This document shows, piece by piece, positions 28,087-37,308 of a stretch of 52,301 bases of DNA. How positions within the stretch are numbered: position 1 is the stretch's first letter; every line of letters begins with the position of its first letter. The position numbers were made by a program, and so were the translations under genes. Below the pieces are notes generated by a model that worked only from the letters and a program-made list of their open reading frames with translations, ran no database searches and had not been told where the DNA came from. Origin of the DNA: Alphaproteobacteria bacterium (GTDB lineage: Bacteria; Pseudomonadota; Alphaproteobacteria; Rhodospirillales; Rhodospirillaceae); contig JADFXL010000001.1 of NCBI GenBank assembly GCA_015233585.1, positions 1-52,301 of the forward strand, in the 5' to 3' direction.

Positions 28087-28095
28087 GCCCCCATC

Positions 28096-31000
28096 ATGCA
28101 TCTCCTCGCAGCAACGCCGGGCGCGGTCGTCGACGGAACGGAGGCCGTTGACCTCAGCCAGACCCCGGCTGAAATCATCGTGTTGTCGGCAGCCGACTCG
28201 GAATTAACCTGCCTTGCCCTCGCGCAACGCACCTTTGCCGGTGTTGGCCCAACGTTGCGGCTGGCCAATCTGATGCATCTCGCCCACAACCTGTCGGTGG
28301 ATCGCTACGTCGAGCAGATTGTAGCCCACGCCCGACTGGTGGTGGTGCGCCTGCTGGGAGGGCGTGGCTATTGGCCCTACGGCGTGGAACAGATTGGCGG
28401 CGTGTGCCGTGAGCGAGGAATCCTGGTCGCGTTCCTGCCCGGTGACGACGCTCCCGACGCCGAGCTGGCGGCGCTTGGCACCCTGCCTGCGGAAGCCTCG
28501 CACCGCCTATGGCAATACTGCGTCCACGGCGGCTCTGCCAATGCCGAACAGTTCCTACGCTTTGCCGCCACCCTGATAGGCTACGAGACTCTCCTCTGGC
28601 GCGAACCCGCCCCCCTCCCCCCCGCCGGAATTTATTCCATTGAATCGAGGGGGCCTGGGGGAGGCCAGCCTCCCCCAGGCCTTCTTCCTTCATCCCCCCG
28701 AGCCGCCATAATTTTCTACCGTTCCCTAGTCCAATCTGGAAATACTGCCGTAATTGACGCCCTGATTGATTCCCTGAGATCCCAAGGCCTGACCCCGCTA
28801 CCGATTCACGTCACCAGCCTGAAAGACCCAATAGCCGCCGCCACCCTCACCGAAATTCTATCCCAGTCGCCCCCGGACGTAATCATCAACGCCACCGGAT
28901 TCGCGGTCGCCACCCCCGGCGCTCCAAAGGAAACACCATTCACCGCCAGCGACTGTCCTATCCTTCAGATCATCTTCGCTGGTACCTCGGAGGCCGCGTG
29001 GCGCGACGGCGTCGGTGGCCTGTCCGCCCGCGACATCGCCATGAACGTGGCCCTGCCCGAGGTGGACGGCCGCATCATCACCCGCGCCGTATCGTTCAAA
29101 GCCGCCGCCGCCCGCGATGAAGCCACTCAGACCGACATCGTCGCCTATCGGCCTGTTCCCGACCGGATCGAGTTCACAGCCCGCCTTGCCGCCGCCTGGG
29201 TCAGGCTCCGACGCACCCCGCCGGCCGAACGGCGGGTAGTGCTGGTGCTCGCCAATTACCCCAACCGAGACGGGCGCCTTGGCAACGGCGTCGGCCTCGA
29301 CACCCCGGCCGCCACGGTGGCCGTGCTGCACGCGCTGGCCGCAGCGGGCTATACGGTGGGAACCCCGCCGCCCGACGGCGCCGCCCTGATGACGGCGCTG
29401 CAAGCTGGCCCCACCAACGATCTGCGCACCCGCTGCGACCGGCACGCTGGCGAGACCTTCGCCCTGCCCGCCTATCGCGCCTTTCTCACGTCCCTGCCCG
29501 TAGCGGTCCAGAATCAGGTCACCGCACGCTGGGGCGAAGCCACGGTCGACCCGTTCTTCCGGAACGGAGTCTTTTTCCTGGCGGCCATCCGGTTCGGTAA
29601 CATCGCGGTGGCGATCCAGCCCGCCCGAGGCTACAATATCGACCCCGTTTCCAGCTATCACGACCCCGGTCTGGTGCCCCCGCATGGCTACCTCGCCTTC
29701 CACGGCTGGATCCGCGAAGCCTTTCGCGCCGATGCCGTCGTTCACATGGGCAAGCACGGCAATCTGGAGTGGCTGCCGGGCAAGTCGCTGGCGCTGTCGT
29801 CGTCATGCTTCCCGGAAGCGGCGTTGGGTCCGCTGCCCAATCTCTACCCCTTCATCGTCAACGATCCCGGCGAGGGTACCCAGGCCAAACGCCGGGCACA
29901 GGCCGTCATCATCGACCACCTGACGCCTCCGCTGACACGGGCCGAGAGTTATGGGCCGCTGTGCGATCTGGAGCAACTGGTGGACGAATATTACGAGGCG
30001 GCTGGTGTTGATCCGCGCCGGCTCAAGGTGCTGAAGACCGAAATCCTGTCGCTCAGCCGCGTCATCGGCATTGACGCCGACTGTGGCATCGGCCCCGGCG
30101 ACGATATCAACAATGCCCTGGGCAAGCTCGACAATCATCTGTGCGAGCTGAAGGAATTACAAATCCGCGACGGTCTGCATATTTTTGGCAGCTCCCCGAC
30201 AGGCGATCAGCTCACCGACCTGCTGGTTGCGCTGGTCCGGGTGCCGCGCGGCAGCGCCCCACAGGATGCCTCGTTGATACGGGCGCTGGCCAACGACCTC
30301 GATCTTGGGTTTGATCCACTGGCCTGCACCCTGGGCGATCCCTGGCACGGGGCGCGCCCCAACGTGTTGGCCGCAGGTCCGCGCTGGCGCACCGCTGGCG
30401 ACACGGTCGAACGGCTGGAGGCCTTGGCCCGCGCCCTGGTTGCCGGCACCACCCAGCCTGCAGCGGACTGGACGCACACCCGCCCGGTTTTGGCGTTTAT
30501 CGAACGCCACCTGCGCCCAACGGTAGCGGCGTGCGGCGCGGCGGAGATGGCGGGCCTCCTGACTGGGCTGGACGGGCGTTTCGTCGCTCCGGGACCGTCC
30601 GGCGCCCCCACCCGAGGCCGCCCCGACGTGCTACCCACCGGCCGCAATTTCTATTCCATCGACACCCGCACCGTCCCCACACCCGCCGCCTGGCACCTGG
30701 GCTGGAAGTCGGCCACTCTGCTGCTTGAGCGCCACCTCCAGGAGCACGGCGAGTGGCCGCGCGCCCTGGCCATGACCGCCTGGGGCACCTCCAACATGCG
30801 TACCGGCGGCGATGATATCGCCCAGGCCCTGGCATTGATGGGCGTGCGGCCGACCTGGGACAGCGCCTCGCGCCGCGTCACCGGGTTCGAGATCCTGCCT
30901 GCCGGCGTGCTCGACCGGCCACGGGTCGATGTGACGCTGCGGGTGTCGGGATTCTTCCGCGATGCCTTTCCCGCCCTCATCGACTTGGTTGACTCCGCTG

Positions 31001-31851
31001 CGCGGGCGGTGGCCGCCCTGGACGAGGGCGCGGACACCAATCCCCTGGCCGCGCACAGCCGCGACGAAACCGCCCGTCTGGTTCAGGCCGGAGCAACCCC
31101 CGAAGTCGCCAGTCAGCGGGCTGGCTACCGCGTGTTCGGCTCCAAACCGGGATGCTACGGAGCCGGCCTTCAGGCCCTCATCGACGAGCGCGGCTGGCAG
31201 ACCGACGCAGATCTGGCGCGGGCCTACATCGCCTGGGGCGGCTATGCCTATGGCGCAGGTGGCGGAGGACTGGCGGAACATGGCTTGTTCGAAACCCGCC
31301 TGAGAAGCGCCCAGGTAGTGGTCCAGAATCAGGACAATCGCGAACACGACCTGCTCGACTCCGACGACTATTACCAGTTCGAGGGCGGCATGACGGCGGC
31401 GGTACGGACTCTGTCGGGCCAACAACCCGCCGTCTACCACGCCGACCACTCGCGCCCGGAGTCCCCGCGCATCCGCACGCTGGACGAGGAAATCGCCCGC
31501 ATCGTGCGCGGCCGGGCCGCCAACCCCAAATGGATCCAGGGGGTCATGCGCCACGGCTATAAGGGCGCGTTCGAAATGGCGGCGACCGTAGACTACCTGT
31601 TCGCCTTCGCCGCTACCGCTCATTGCGTTAAAGACCACCACTTTGATGCTGTGTTTGACGCCTATCTGAATGATGAAGAGGTCCGCGAGTTCATCAGGGA
31701 AGCCAACCCGGCGGCTTTGAAGGAAATGGCGGCGCGGTTTCGGGAAGCCATGGAGCGGGGGTTGTGGCGACCCAGGCGGAATACGGTGGCGGGCGTGTTG
31801 GAGGAGATCGGGATGGATGGAGATGTATTTAAAGAAAATTCATCAGAATGA
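28096..31851 (+). CDS. cobN: Cobaltochelatase subunit CobN
   Basis: 1251 aa. N-terminus MHLLAATPG...IIVLSAADSEL, plus the VHMGKHGNLEWLPGK motif and overall CobN / Mg-chelatase H layout. The ATG is 9 nt after the regulator's stop. The last ~12 codons are AT-rich. Confidence 0.92.
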   Translation: MHLLAATPGAVVDGTEAVDLSQTPAEIIVLSAADSELTCLALAQRTFAGVGPTLRLANLMHLAHNLSVDRYVEQIVAHARLVVVRLLGGRGYWPYGVEQIGGVCRERGILVAFLPGDDAPDAELAALGTLPAEASHRLWQYCVHGGSANAEQFLRFAATLIGYETLLWREPAPLPPAGIYSIESRGPGGGQPPPGLLPSSPRAAIIFYRSLVQSGNTAVIDALIDSLRSQGLTPLPIHVTSLKDPIAAATLTEILSQSPPDVIINATGFAVATPGAPKETPFTASDCPILQIIFAGTSEAAWRDGVGGLSARDIAMNVALPEVDGRIITRAVSFKAAAARDEATQTDIVAYRPVPDRIEFTARLAAAWVRLRRTPPAERRVVLVLANYPNRDGRLGNGVGLDTPAATVAVLHALAAAGYTVGTPPPDGAALMTALQAGPTNDLRTRCDRHAGETFALPAYRAFLTSLPVAVQNQVTARWGEATVDPFFRNGVFFLAAIRFGNIAVAIQPARGYNIDPVSSYHDPGLVPPHGYLAFHGWIREAFRADAVVHMGKHGNLEWLPGKSLALSSSCFPEAALGPLPNLYPFIVNDPGEGTQAKRRAQAVIIDHLTPPLTRAESYGPLCDLEQLVDEYYEAAGVDPRRLKVLKTEILSLSRVIGIDADCGIGPGDDINNALGKLDNHLCELKELQIRDGLHIFGSSPTGDQLTDLLVALVRVPRGSAPQDASLIRALANDLDLGFDPLACTLGDPWHGARPNVLAAGPRWRTAGDTVERLEALARALVAGTTQPAADWTHTRPVLAFIERHLRPTVAACGAAEMAGLLTGLDGRFVAPGPSGAPTRGRPDVLPTGRNFYSIDTRTVPTPAAWHLGWKSATLLLERHLQEHGEWPRALAMTAWGTSNMRTGGDDIAQALALMGVRPTWDSASRRVTGFEILPAGVLDRPRVDVTLRVSGFFRDAFPALIDLVDSAARAVAALDEGADTNPLAAHSRDETARLVQAGATPEVASQRAGYRVFGSKPGCYGAGLQALIDERGWQTDADLARAYIAWGGYAYGAGGGGLAEHGLFETRLRSAQVVVQNQDNREHDLLDSDDYYQFEGGMTAAVRTLSGQQPAVYHADHSRPESPRIRTLDEEIARIVRGRAANPKWIQGVMRHGYKGAFEMAATVDYLFAFAATAHCVKDHHFDAVFDAYLNDEEVREFIREANPAALKEMAARFREAMERGLWRPRRNTVAGVLEEIGMDGDVFKENSSE
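28652..28681. repeat. Perfect 14-bp-arm palindrome inside the cobN reading frame
   Basis: ggcctgggggaggc-ca-gcctcccccaggcc, read directly. It encodes part of ESRGPGGGQPPPGLLPSS, a Gly/Pro-rich stretch in a segment I expect to be a variable linker of CobN. Confidence 0.8.
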
Positions 31852-32675
31852 GGGAATTTCCCGTGGAACTTCATGAATATTTCTCTGGGAAAGGGTTTCT
31901 CAGTTCGGACATCATGGAAAGCATCTCCATTATTCGTTTAGAGAACGTCGAGTGGTTCACGCTTGCCGCAGATACGAATACAGTCTTGATGGACTGTGCG
32001 ACGGCAGTGGTTAAGATCGTCAAAACCACTCAAATGGAGGCTAAAGCAGTGGCCGTGAGAGTGATGCTTCGGTCCTGCGGAACGTTTCAGGGCGTCATAC
32101 TACTTACTGAACGGGGTATGGTCGTTGAAGGACGTACGTTAGCCCGGAGCCTGATTGAAAATGCCTTCTGTGTTGCCGCCCTGCTCAATAATCCAACGGA
32201 ATTTATCCAAAAACTGAAAGATGACTCTGCGGCGAGCAAAAAACATCAGTCTAAGTACATAATCGATAAAAAACTGGTTGATGATACAAGCGCCAACAAC
32301 CTAAAAAATGTAATTAATGCGATCGATAGAAATTGCAAAATACTGAATCCAAAGGCCGTTTCCGAACTCGGCCCCTTGAATAAACTGTATTTGTCTTATC
32401 AGCGATTGTCTAATGACGCCGCACACCCAACTGCAAAGTCATTGGAACACCATGTGTTGACCGATGCGGCCCGCTCTAACTGGAGATACAAATGGGGTCC
32501 GGGTGGACAAGGGGAGAACGCAGCTACCCTCTACCACGCCATCTCGGCAGCTATCCCCATTGGCATCGGAATCACGGAAATGCTGAAGGATGAGACTGGC
32601 ATCGACGAGTTCCGCACCAAGTTCAGGGACCTCATGGATCGATATTATAAGATGCCGCCTGTGCCCATTGTGTAA
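31848..32675 (+). CDS. Hypothetical protein on AT-rich DNA (possibly DUF5677-like)
   Basis: 275-aa ORF whose ATG overlaps the cobN TGA (ATGA at 31848-31851). ARSLIENAFCVAALLNNPTEF and LYLSYQRLSNDAAHPTAKSL remind me of DUF5677-type helical proteins; this is a weak assignment from memory. An alternative start is ATG 31914. Confidence 0.55.
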   Translation: MREFPVELHEYFSGKGFLSSDIMESISIIRLENVEWFTLAADTNTVLMDCATAVVKIVKTTQMEAKAVAVRVMLRSCGTFQGVILLTERGMVVEGRTLARSLIENAFCVAALLNNPTEFIQKLKDDSAASKKHQSKYIIDKKLVDDTSANNLKNVINAIDRNCKILNPKAVSELGPLNKLYLSYQRLSNDAAHPTAKSLEHHVLTDAARSNWRYKWGPGGQGENAATLYHAISAAIPIGIGITEMLKDETGIDEFRTKFRDLMDRYYKMPPVPIV

Positions 32676-32756
32676 TGTTGGACTTTCAAAATGTCATGGG
32701 CATGAATCTCACGAGATCTGGCCCATATTTTAGGCATCCAATTTATGAGGTGAAGC

Positions 32757-32784
32757 TTGACAGGGCTGTGTAGTTCGCTAATGT
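32757..32784 (+). promoter_or_regulatory. Candidate sigma-70-type promoter for rpmG
   Basis: TTGACA at 32757-32762, a 16-nt spacer, then TAATGT at 32779-32784, about 44 nt upstream of the rpmG ATG. This is a pattern match only. Confidence 0.25.
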
Positions 32785-32827
32785 CCCTCCATCGAACTCA
32801 TTCATCGTTTTATCTCGGAACCCAGCC

Positions 32828-32995
32828 ATGGCGAAGCCCGCAACCGTTCTAATCAAACTGGAAAGCACCGAAGGCACCGGTTTTTTCTACGTGGCCAAGA
32901 AAAATCCTCGGAAAACCACCAAAAAATTGGAGTTCCGGAAATACGACCCGGTCGTCCGCAAACACGTCGTGTTCAAGGAAACGAAAATAAAATAA
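32828..32995 (+). CDS. rpmG: 50S ribosomal protein L33
   Basis: Not in the ORF track because it is only 55 aa. It reads [55 protein letters not shown], then TAA at 32993-32995. Confidence 0.9.
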   Translation: MAKPATVLIKLESTEGTGFFYVAKKNPRKTTKKLEFRKYDPVVRKHVVFKETKIK

Positions 32996-33281
32996 CCCGC
33001 TCCAGGGTATTACCCCAGCCGTTCGGCTCAGAACGCTTCATCATTATTGGAACGATATCCGACTTCGTGCTCAAATCTTGAAAAACAAGATTCAGGGCAT
33101 GAAGGGTTGTGGGTTGTATGCATCTGGATTTCTCCGGTGACGGCGACTCTGGCAATGCCGTTGTCCTTTCATGAGCCGCCCCCCTTTGTAGCTGAAGGCA
33201 CGCCTTTGGCATGACGCTCCAGGCGGGGCTTGGAGCGCATTCGTATACGAATGCCCCCAAGATGCCACCCTACACTCCGCC

Positions 33282-35024
33282 TCATTCGTGATGAAGAAGT
33301 TCCATATCTTGCTCGTCGTCGTCGAGATCCGTCTCTGGCCCCTCGTCATAAGGCGCCGCGCCGCCCGGAGCTGCCACAGCGCCGGTAAGGATTCTGCTGC
33401 GGGCCAACGCCGCCACAAACGTATGGCAATAATTTTGCGGCCCGATCATCTTCATAATCCCGGAACGGCGGAGTCTGAGCCGAACTCGCCCGTTAGCCCG
33501 GCAGAGCAGTACGGTTACGCCACGCCCCTGTAGGTGCTCGATAACTTCTTCCAGCATTTGCAGGCCGGTGATGTCTATGAACGGCATATGCCGCAGACGT
33601 ATGATCAGAACCTTCGGGTCGGTATGCGTGCCTTTCAGCGTTCGCTCAAAGTTCTCAGCCGCACCAAAGAAAAACGGCCCTTCAATGTCGTAGACCATGA
33701 CATCGGACGGCAGATTTTCAACACCACGAACGGCCAGTTCGCGGCCCAGTTCCTTGCCCGAAAGCTCCTGAACCTCCACTGACGCCGCCATACGGCGTAT
33801 GAACAGCATCATCGCCAACACGACTCCGATATTCACCGCCACCACCAGGTCGGTGAACACCGTCAGCAGGAACGTGACAAACAGCGTCGCAACATCGGCC
33901 CTTGGTGCCCGTTTCACCATGCGGATAAAATGGGAAATGTCGCTCATGTTGTAGCACACGACAAACAGGATGGCCGCCAGCGCGCACAATGGGATGGCCG
34001 ACGCCAGAGGAGCGAGGATCATGAGAACCATCACCAGCACTACGGAATGGATGACACCAGCCAGGGGACTGGTCCCACCATTGCGGATGTTGGTGGCCGT
34101 GCGGGCAATGGCCCCGGTGGCCGCGAAGCCACCAAACAAAGGTGTGACCAGGTTGGCAAGTCCCTGGCCGATCAGTTCCTGATTTGAGTTGTGCTTGGTT
34201 CCTGACATGCCATCGGCCACCACAGCAGACAACAGGGACTCAATGGCGCCAAGCATGGCGATGGTAAAGGCTGGCCCTACCAGTTCAACGACCCGCGACA
34301 TGGTGACGACCGGCAGGTTGAAACTCGGCAAGCCGTGTGGAATTCCTCCGAAAGTACTTCCTATGGTAGCTACGCCATCAAAGTGGAACGTGGCTTGAAG
34401 GATCGTCGCCACGACCATCGCCGTCAACGGGCTTGGCACCCGCTGCATACCAGGAATACGTGCCGAGAAAAGAAGCACGACCAGGCTGAGAAGCGCGAGC
34501 CCGGTGGTGGCCAGATGAAATCCTGGCAGGACCTGCAAAAGATGCCATAATTTCTGGTGAAAATGCTCGCCACCCACGGCGGTCAAGCCGAAGAAGTCCT
34601 TCCACTGCCCAACCCAGATGATAACCCCGATGCCAGCGGTAAAGCCGGTAATGACGGGGGCCGGAATGAATTTTATGACCCCGCCTAAACGGGAGATACC
34701 CATCAGGAGCAAAACGGCTCCAGCCATCACAGAAGCGATCTGAAGCCCGTCGACACCGTGCTTGGCGGTGATATCGGCCAGAATCACGATGAACGCGCCG
34801 GTTGGCCCCGCAATCTGAAGCCGGCTGCCTCCCATCATTGTCACTATGAAACCAGCAATGATAGCCGTATAGATGCCTTGCTCGGGCTTTACTCCCGAAG
34901 CGATGGCAAAGGCCATCGACAGCGGCAAAGCAACGACACCAACGATCGAACCCGATACGATATTAGGCCACCAATGCTTGCGCTGAAACAAGCCGGCTTT
35001 CCATGCTTCCGAGAATACAATCAT
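33282..35024 (-). CDS. SulP family inorganic anion transporter with a C-terminal STAS domain
   Basis: 580 aa with an N-terminal polytopic domain (GVKPEQGIYTAIIAGFIV, ANLVTPLFGGFAATGAIARTA). The STAS domain reads VLIIRLRHMPFIDITGLQMLEEV. The tail is acidic. Confidence 0.88.
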   Translation of the reverse strand: MIVFSEAWKAGLFQRKHWWPNIVSGSIVGVVALPLSMAFAIASGVKPEQGIYTAIIAGFIVTMMGGSRLQIAGPTGAFIVILADITAKHGVDGLQIASVMAGAVLLLMGISRLGGVIKFIPAPVITGFTAGIGVIIWVGQWKDFFGLTAVGGEHFHQKLWHLLQVLPGFHLATTGLALLSLVVLLFSARIPGMQRVPSPLTAMVVATILQATFHFDGVATIGSTFGGIPHGLPSFNLPVVTMSRVVELVGPAFTIAMLGAIESLLSAVVADGMSGTKHNSNQELIGQGLANLVTPLFGGFAATGAIARTATNIRNGGTSPLAGVIHSVVLVMVLMILAPLASAIPLCALAAILFVVCYNMSDISHFIRMVKRAPRADVATLFVTFLLTVFTDLVVAVNIGVVLAMMLFIRRMAASVEVQELSGKELGRELAVRGVENLPSDVMVYDIEGPFFFGAAENFERTLKGTHTDPKVLIIRLRHMPFIDITGLQMLEEVIEHLQGRGVTVLLCRANGRVRLRLRRSGIMKMIGPQNYCHTFVAALARSRILTGAVAAPGGAAPYDEGPETDLDDDEQDMELLHHE

Positions 35025-35104
35025 GACTCAGTCCCCAAAGATATGAAGCTTGATTATTCGAGCGCTTCAACATTTGACTTGGCCATGACTTACTCCAGGT
35101 TTAT

Positions 35105-36280
35105 TCAACAAACTTGATTTGACTTGATCATTTCAAGCACAACCTGTGCAGCACGCACGCTGGGCGGCACGCCTCCCGCGCCAAGTTTGGCCATAGCCTC
35201 CCGCATCCCCTCTTTCTGCGCGGCCCGTGCCGCCGGGTCCGTCATCAACCCATTCATCGCGGCTGTCAATAACTCGGGCTGGCATTCTTCCTGCAACAAC
35301 TCTGGCACAACAAGCCGGTCAAGCAAGAGATTGATTAGATTTACGTATTTTACCGTAGTCAGACGGCGGAAAATCCAGGCCGTCATAGCGGTCACCCGGT
35401 AAGTAACCACCATCGGCACCCCGGCCCGCGCCAATTCCAGCGCCACCGTGCCCGAGGCCGCCAACGCCGCGTCGACGGCGGCGAAGGCATCGTATTTTTC
35501 CCGCGCGCTCCGGACCACGACGGTTGGAACCGTCCAGCGCTCTACCGCCGCCGACACGGCGGCAGCTACGGTCGCCACCGTCGGCACCACAATGTGCAAA
35601 CCTGGGTGCAGAACGGCGAGTTGAGCCGCCGTTTGCTCGAACACCGGCAACAGACGGGAGATTTCGCCCTGCCGGCTACCGGGCAGGAAACACAGAAGCG
35701 GCGCTTTGGCGTCAATACCATGGCGGGTCCGAAACGCCGCACCGTCACCCTGCGTCCCCTCGCTTTCAATGACCGGATGGCCAACAAAAGTCGTCGGAAG
35801 TCCCGCCGCCAGGAAATAGGGTGGTTCATGAGGCAGAAGCGCCATGAGGTGGTCAAGCCGCCCCGCCAGATCATGGACCCGTCGCGCTTTCCAGGCCCAA
35901 ACCATCGGTGCCACGTAATGCACCTGCGGAATGCGCGGGACGATGTGACGGTCCTGACGAATGGCCTTGTTGACCCGTCCGGTGAAGCCCCACGAGTCGA
36001 TGGTCACCAGAACCTGCGGCTGCATGGCCCGGATCGCTGCCACCGTTTGCGATACGCGGCCAAGAATACGTGGGATCCGAGGCAGCACCTCCAGGAACCC
36101 CATTACAGCCAGATCCCCAAGGTCGAACAGACTGTCAAGCCCTTGCGCCGCCATGTTCTCGCCGCCGACCCCGGCGAAGCGAATCTGGTCCCCGGTCTCG
36201 CGCCGGAGCGCCGCCATCAACCGCGCGCCCAGAAGATCGCCCGAGGGTTCCCCAGCAATAATGAATACCAGCGGAATCAT
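35105..36280 (-). CDS. lpxB: Lipid-A-disaccharide synthase
   Basis: The N-terminus IFIIAGEPSGDLLGARLMAAL and the ~390-aa length are typical of LpxB. It overlaps the lpxI stop by 4 nt. Confidence 0.9.
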   Translation of the reverse strand: MIPLVFIIAGEPSGDLLGARLMAALRRETGDQIRFAGVGGENMAAQGLDSLFDLGDLAVMGFLEVLPRIPRILGRVSQTVAAIRAMQPQVLVTIDSWGFTGRVNKAIRQDRHIVPRIPQVHYVAPMVWAWKARRVHDLAGRLDHLMALLPHEPPYFLAAGLPTTFVGHPVIESEGTQGDGAAFRTRHGIDAKAPLLCFLPGSRQGEISRLLPVFEQTAAQLAVLHPGLHIVVPTVATVAAAVSAAVERWTVPTVVVRSAREKYDAFAAVDAALAASGTVALELARAGVPMVVTYRVTAMTAWIFRRLTTVKYVNLINLLLDRLVVPELLQEECQPELLTAAMNGLMTDPAARAAQKEGMREAMAKLGAGGVPPSVRAAQVVLEMIKSNQVC

Positions 36281-37107
36281 GGGACAACGCCAACCACGAA
36301 TAACCCCAGCGAATCGGCCTTTTCCACCACGGCGCTCCGATCCAGCACAATGGCCCCGCCCACCTCGATAGCGACCCCGCGCAGACCGGCGGCAGCGGCC
36401 CGCTCGATCGTATCAACGCCGATGGTAGGAAGATCGGCCCGCCGTTCCTGTCCGGGCTTTTTAACCTTGACCAGCACCCCGCCCGGCCCGGTTCGGGCCA
36501 GACCCAGGCACCGGGCCATCATGGCATCGGTGCCCTCAATAGCTTCAACCGCAAGAACAATTCCCTGTTGAACCACAGCCCCCTGACCGACATCGGCGGC
36601 ACCCAAAGCCTGCGCCACCACGATACCCCGACGAATATCGGCCAGGGCCATCTCATCGGGGACGTGATGGCCATAGTTCCCCGCCGTGGCCAGCAATCCT
36701 CCCAGAACCTCATCGACACCAACCACACGAAAGCCTTCCCGCTCCAGTTCCCGGATCAGGGCGCGAAGCATCCCGTCATCCCCCAGCGCCCGAACCCCCG
36801 CCTTGGCGAAAAGAGCCGCAGTCCACATATCTGGCCGCAGTTCAAAGAAACTCGGGCGACGCACCGCACCTGCGAATACCAGTTCGGTTATGCCTTGTTC
36901 CCGCAAATGCCGTACACCCGTGCCGACGGCACCCAACCGAATCCACGCCTGGGGTCCATCGCCGATGACATCCTTATCGGCAAAGCCTTCCAATGCGATG
37001 ATGAATAAAGGACGTGCTTCCGCTTTGCAGGCGGCGATGATCTTGCCCGGCAATCCGCCTGCGCCTGCGACAAGGGCAAGTTTGCCCTTCAAATCAGGCG
37101 AGACCAC
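36277..37107 (-). CDS. lpxI: UDP-2,3-diacylglucosamine diphosphatase LpxI (DUF1009)
   Basis: KLALVAGAGGLPGKII at the N-terminus and DLPTIGVDTIE near the C-terminus. Its position between lpxA and lpxB matches alphaproteobacterial lpxI. GTG start at 37107. Confidence 0.78.
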   Translation of the reverse strand: MVSPDLKGKLALVAGAGGLPGKIIAACKAEARPLFIIALEGFADKDVIGDGPQAWIRLGAVGTGVRHLREQGITELVFAGAVRRPSFFELRPDMWTAALFAKAGVRALGDDGMLRALIRELEREGFRVVGVDEVLGGLLATAGNYGHHVPDEMALADIRRGIVVAQALGAADVGQGAVVQQGIVLAVEAIEGTDAMMARCLGLARTGPGGVLVKVKKPGQERRADLPTIGVDTIERAAAAGLRGVAIEVGGAIVLDRSAVVEKADSLGLFVVGVVP

Positions 37108-37154
37108 GGGGCTGCCACCCTAAGGGAACGGCCAGAAATAGCCGCTTCAACACC

Positions 37155-37269
37155 ATGTGGGCTGCCGCCCACACCCGCTCGGGGCATAGCCCCGAACCCC
37201 CTTTGTTTTTTATAAAAAAAAGGGGGTTTGGGGCATAGCCCCAAATGGGGTTCGGGGCGATAGCCCCGA
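37155..37269. repeat. Family B dispersed element plus stacked hairpins
   Basis: atgtgggctgccgcccacaccc at 37155-37176. Hairpins: tcggggc-ata-gccccga (37179-37195), the aaccccctttgtttttt-ata-aaaaaaaagggggtt hairpin (37195-37228), tttggggc-ata-gccccaaa (37227-37245), and tcggggc-gata-gccccga (37252-37269). Confidence 0.65.
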
Positions 37270-37308
37270 GATATCCGATTCGGTTATCGGAAGACCAAAA
37301 ATTTCGTC

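Noticed and set aside
28087-28095. Expected cobalamin riboswitch upstream of cobN
   Set aside because: Only 9 nt separate the response-regulator stop from the cobN ATG. I found no B12-box-like sequence upstream of the kinase either.
32973-33418. Minus-strand ORFs of 95 and 108 aa in and beside the rpmG-SulP spacer
   Set aside because: They have no ribosome-binding site, no recognisable domain and an odd composition. One overlaps the SulP 3' end and the other overlaps the rpmG 3' end.
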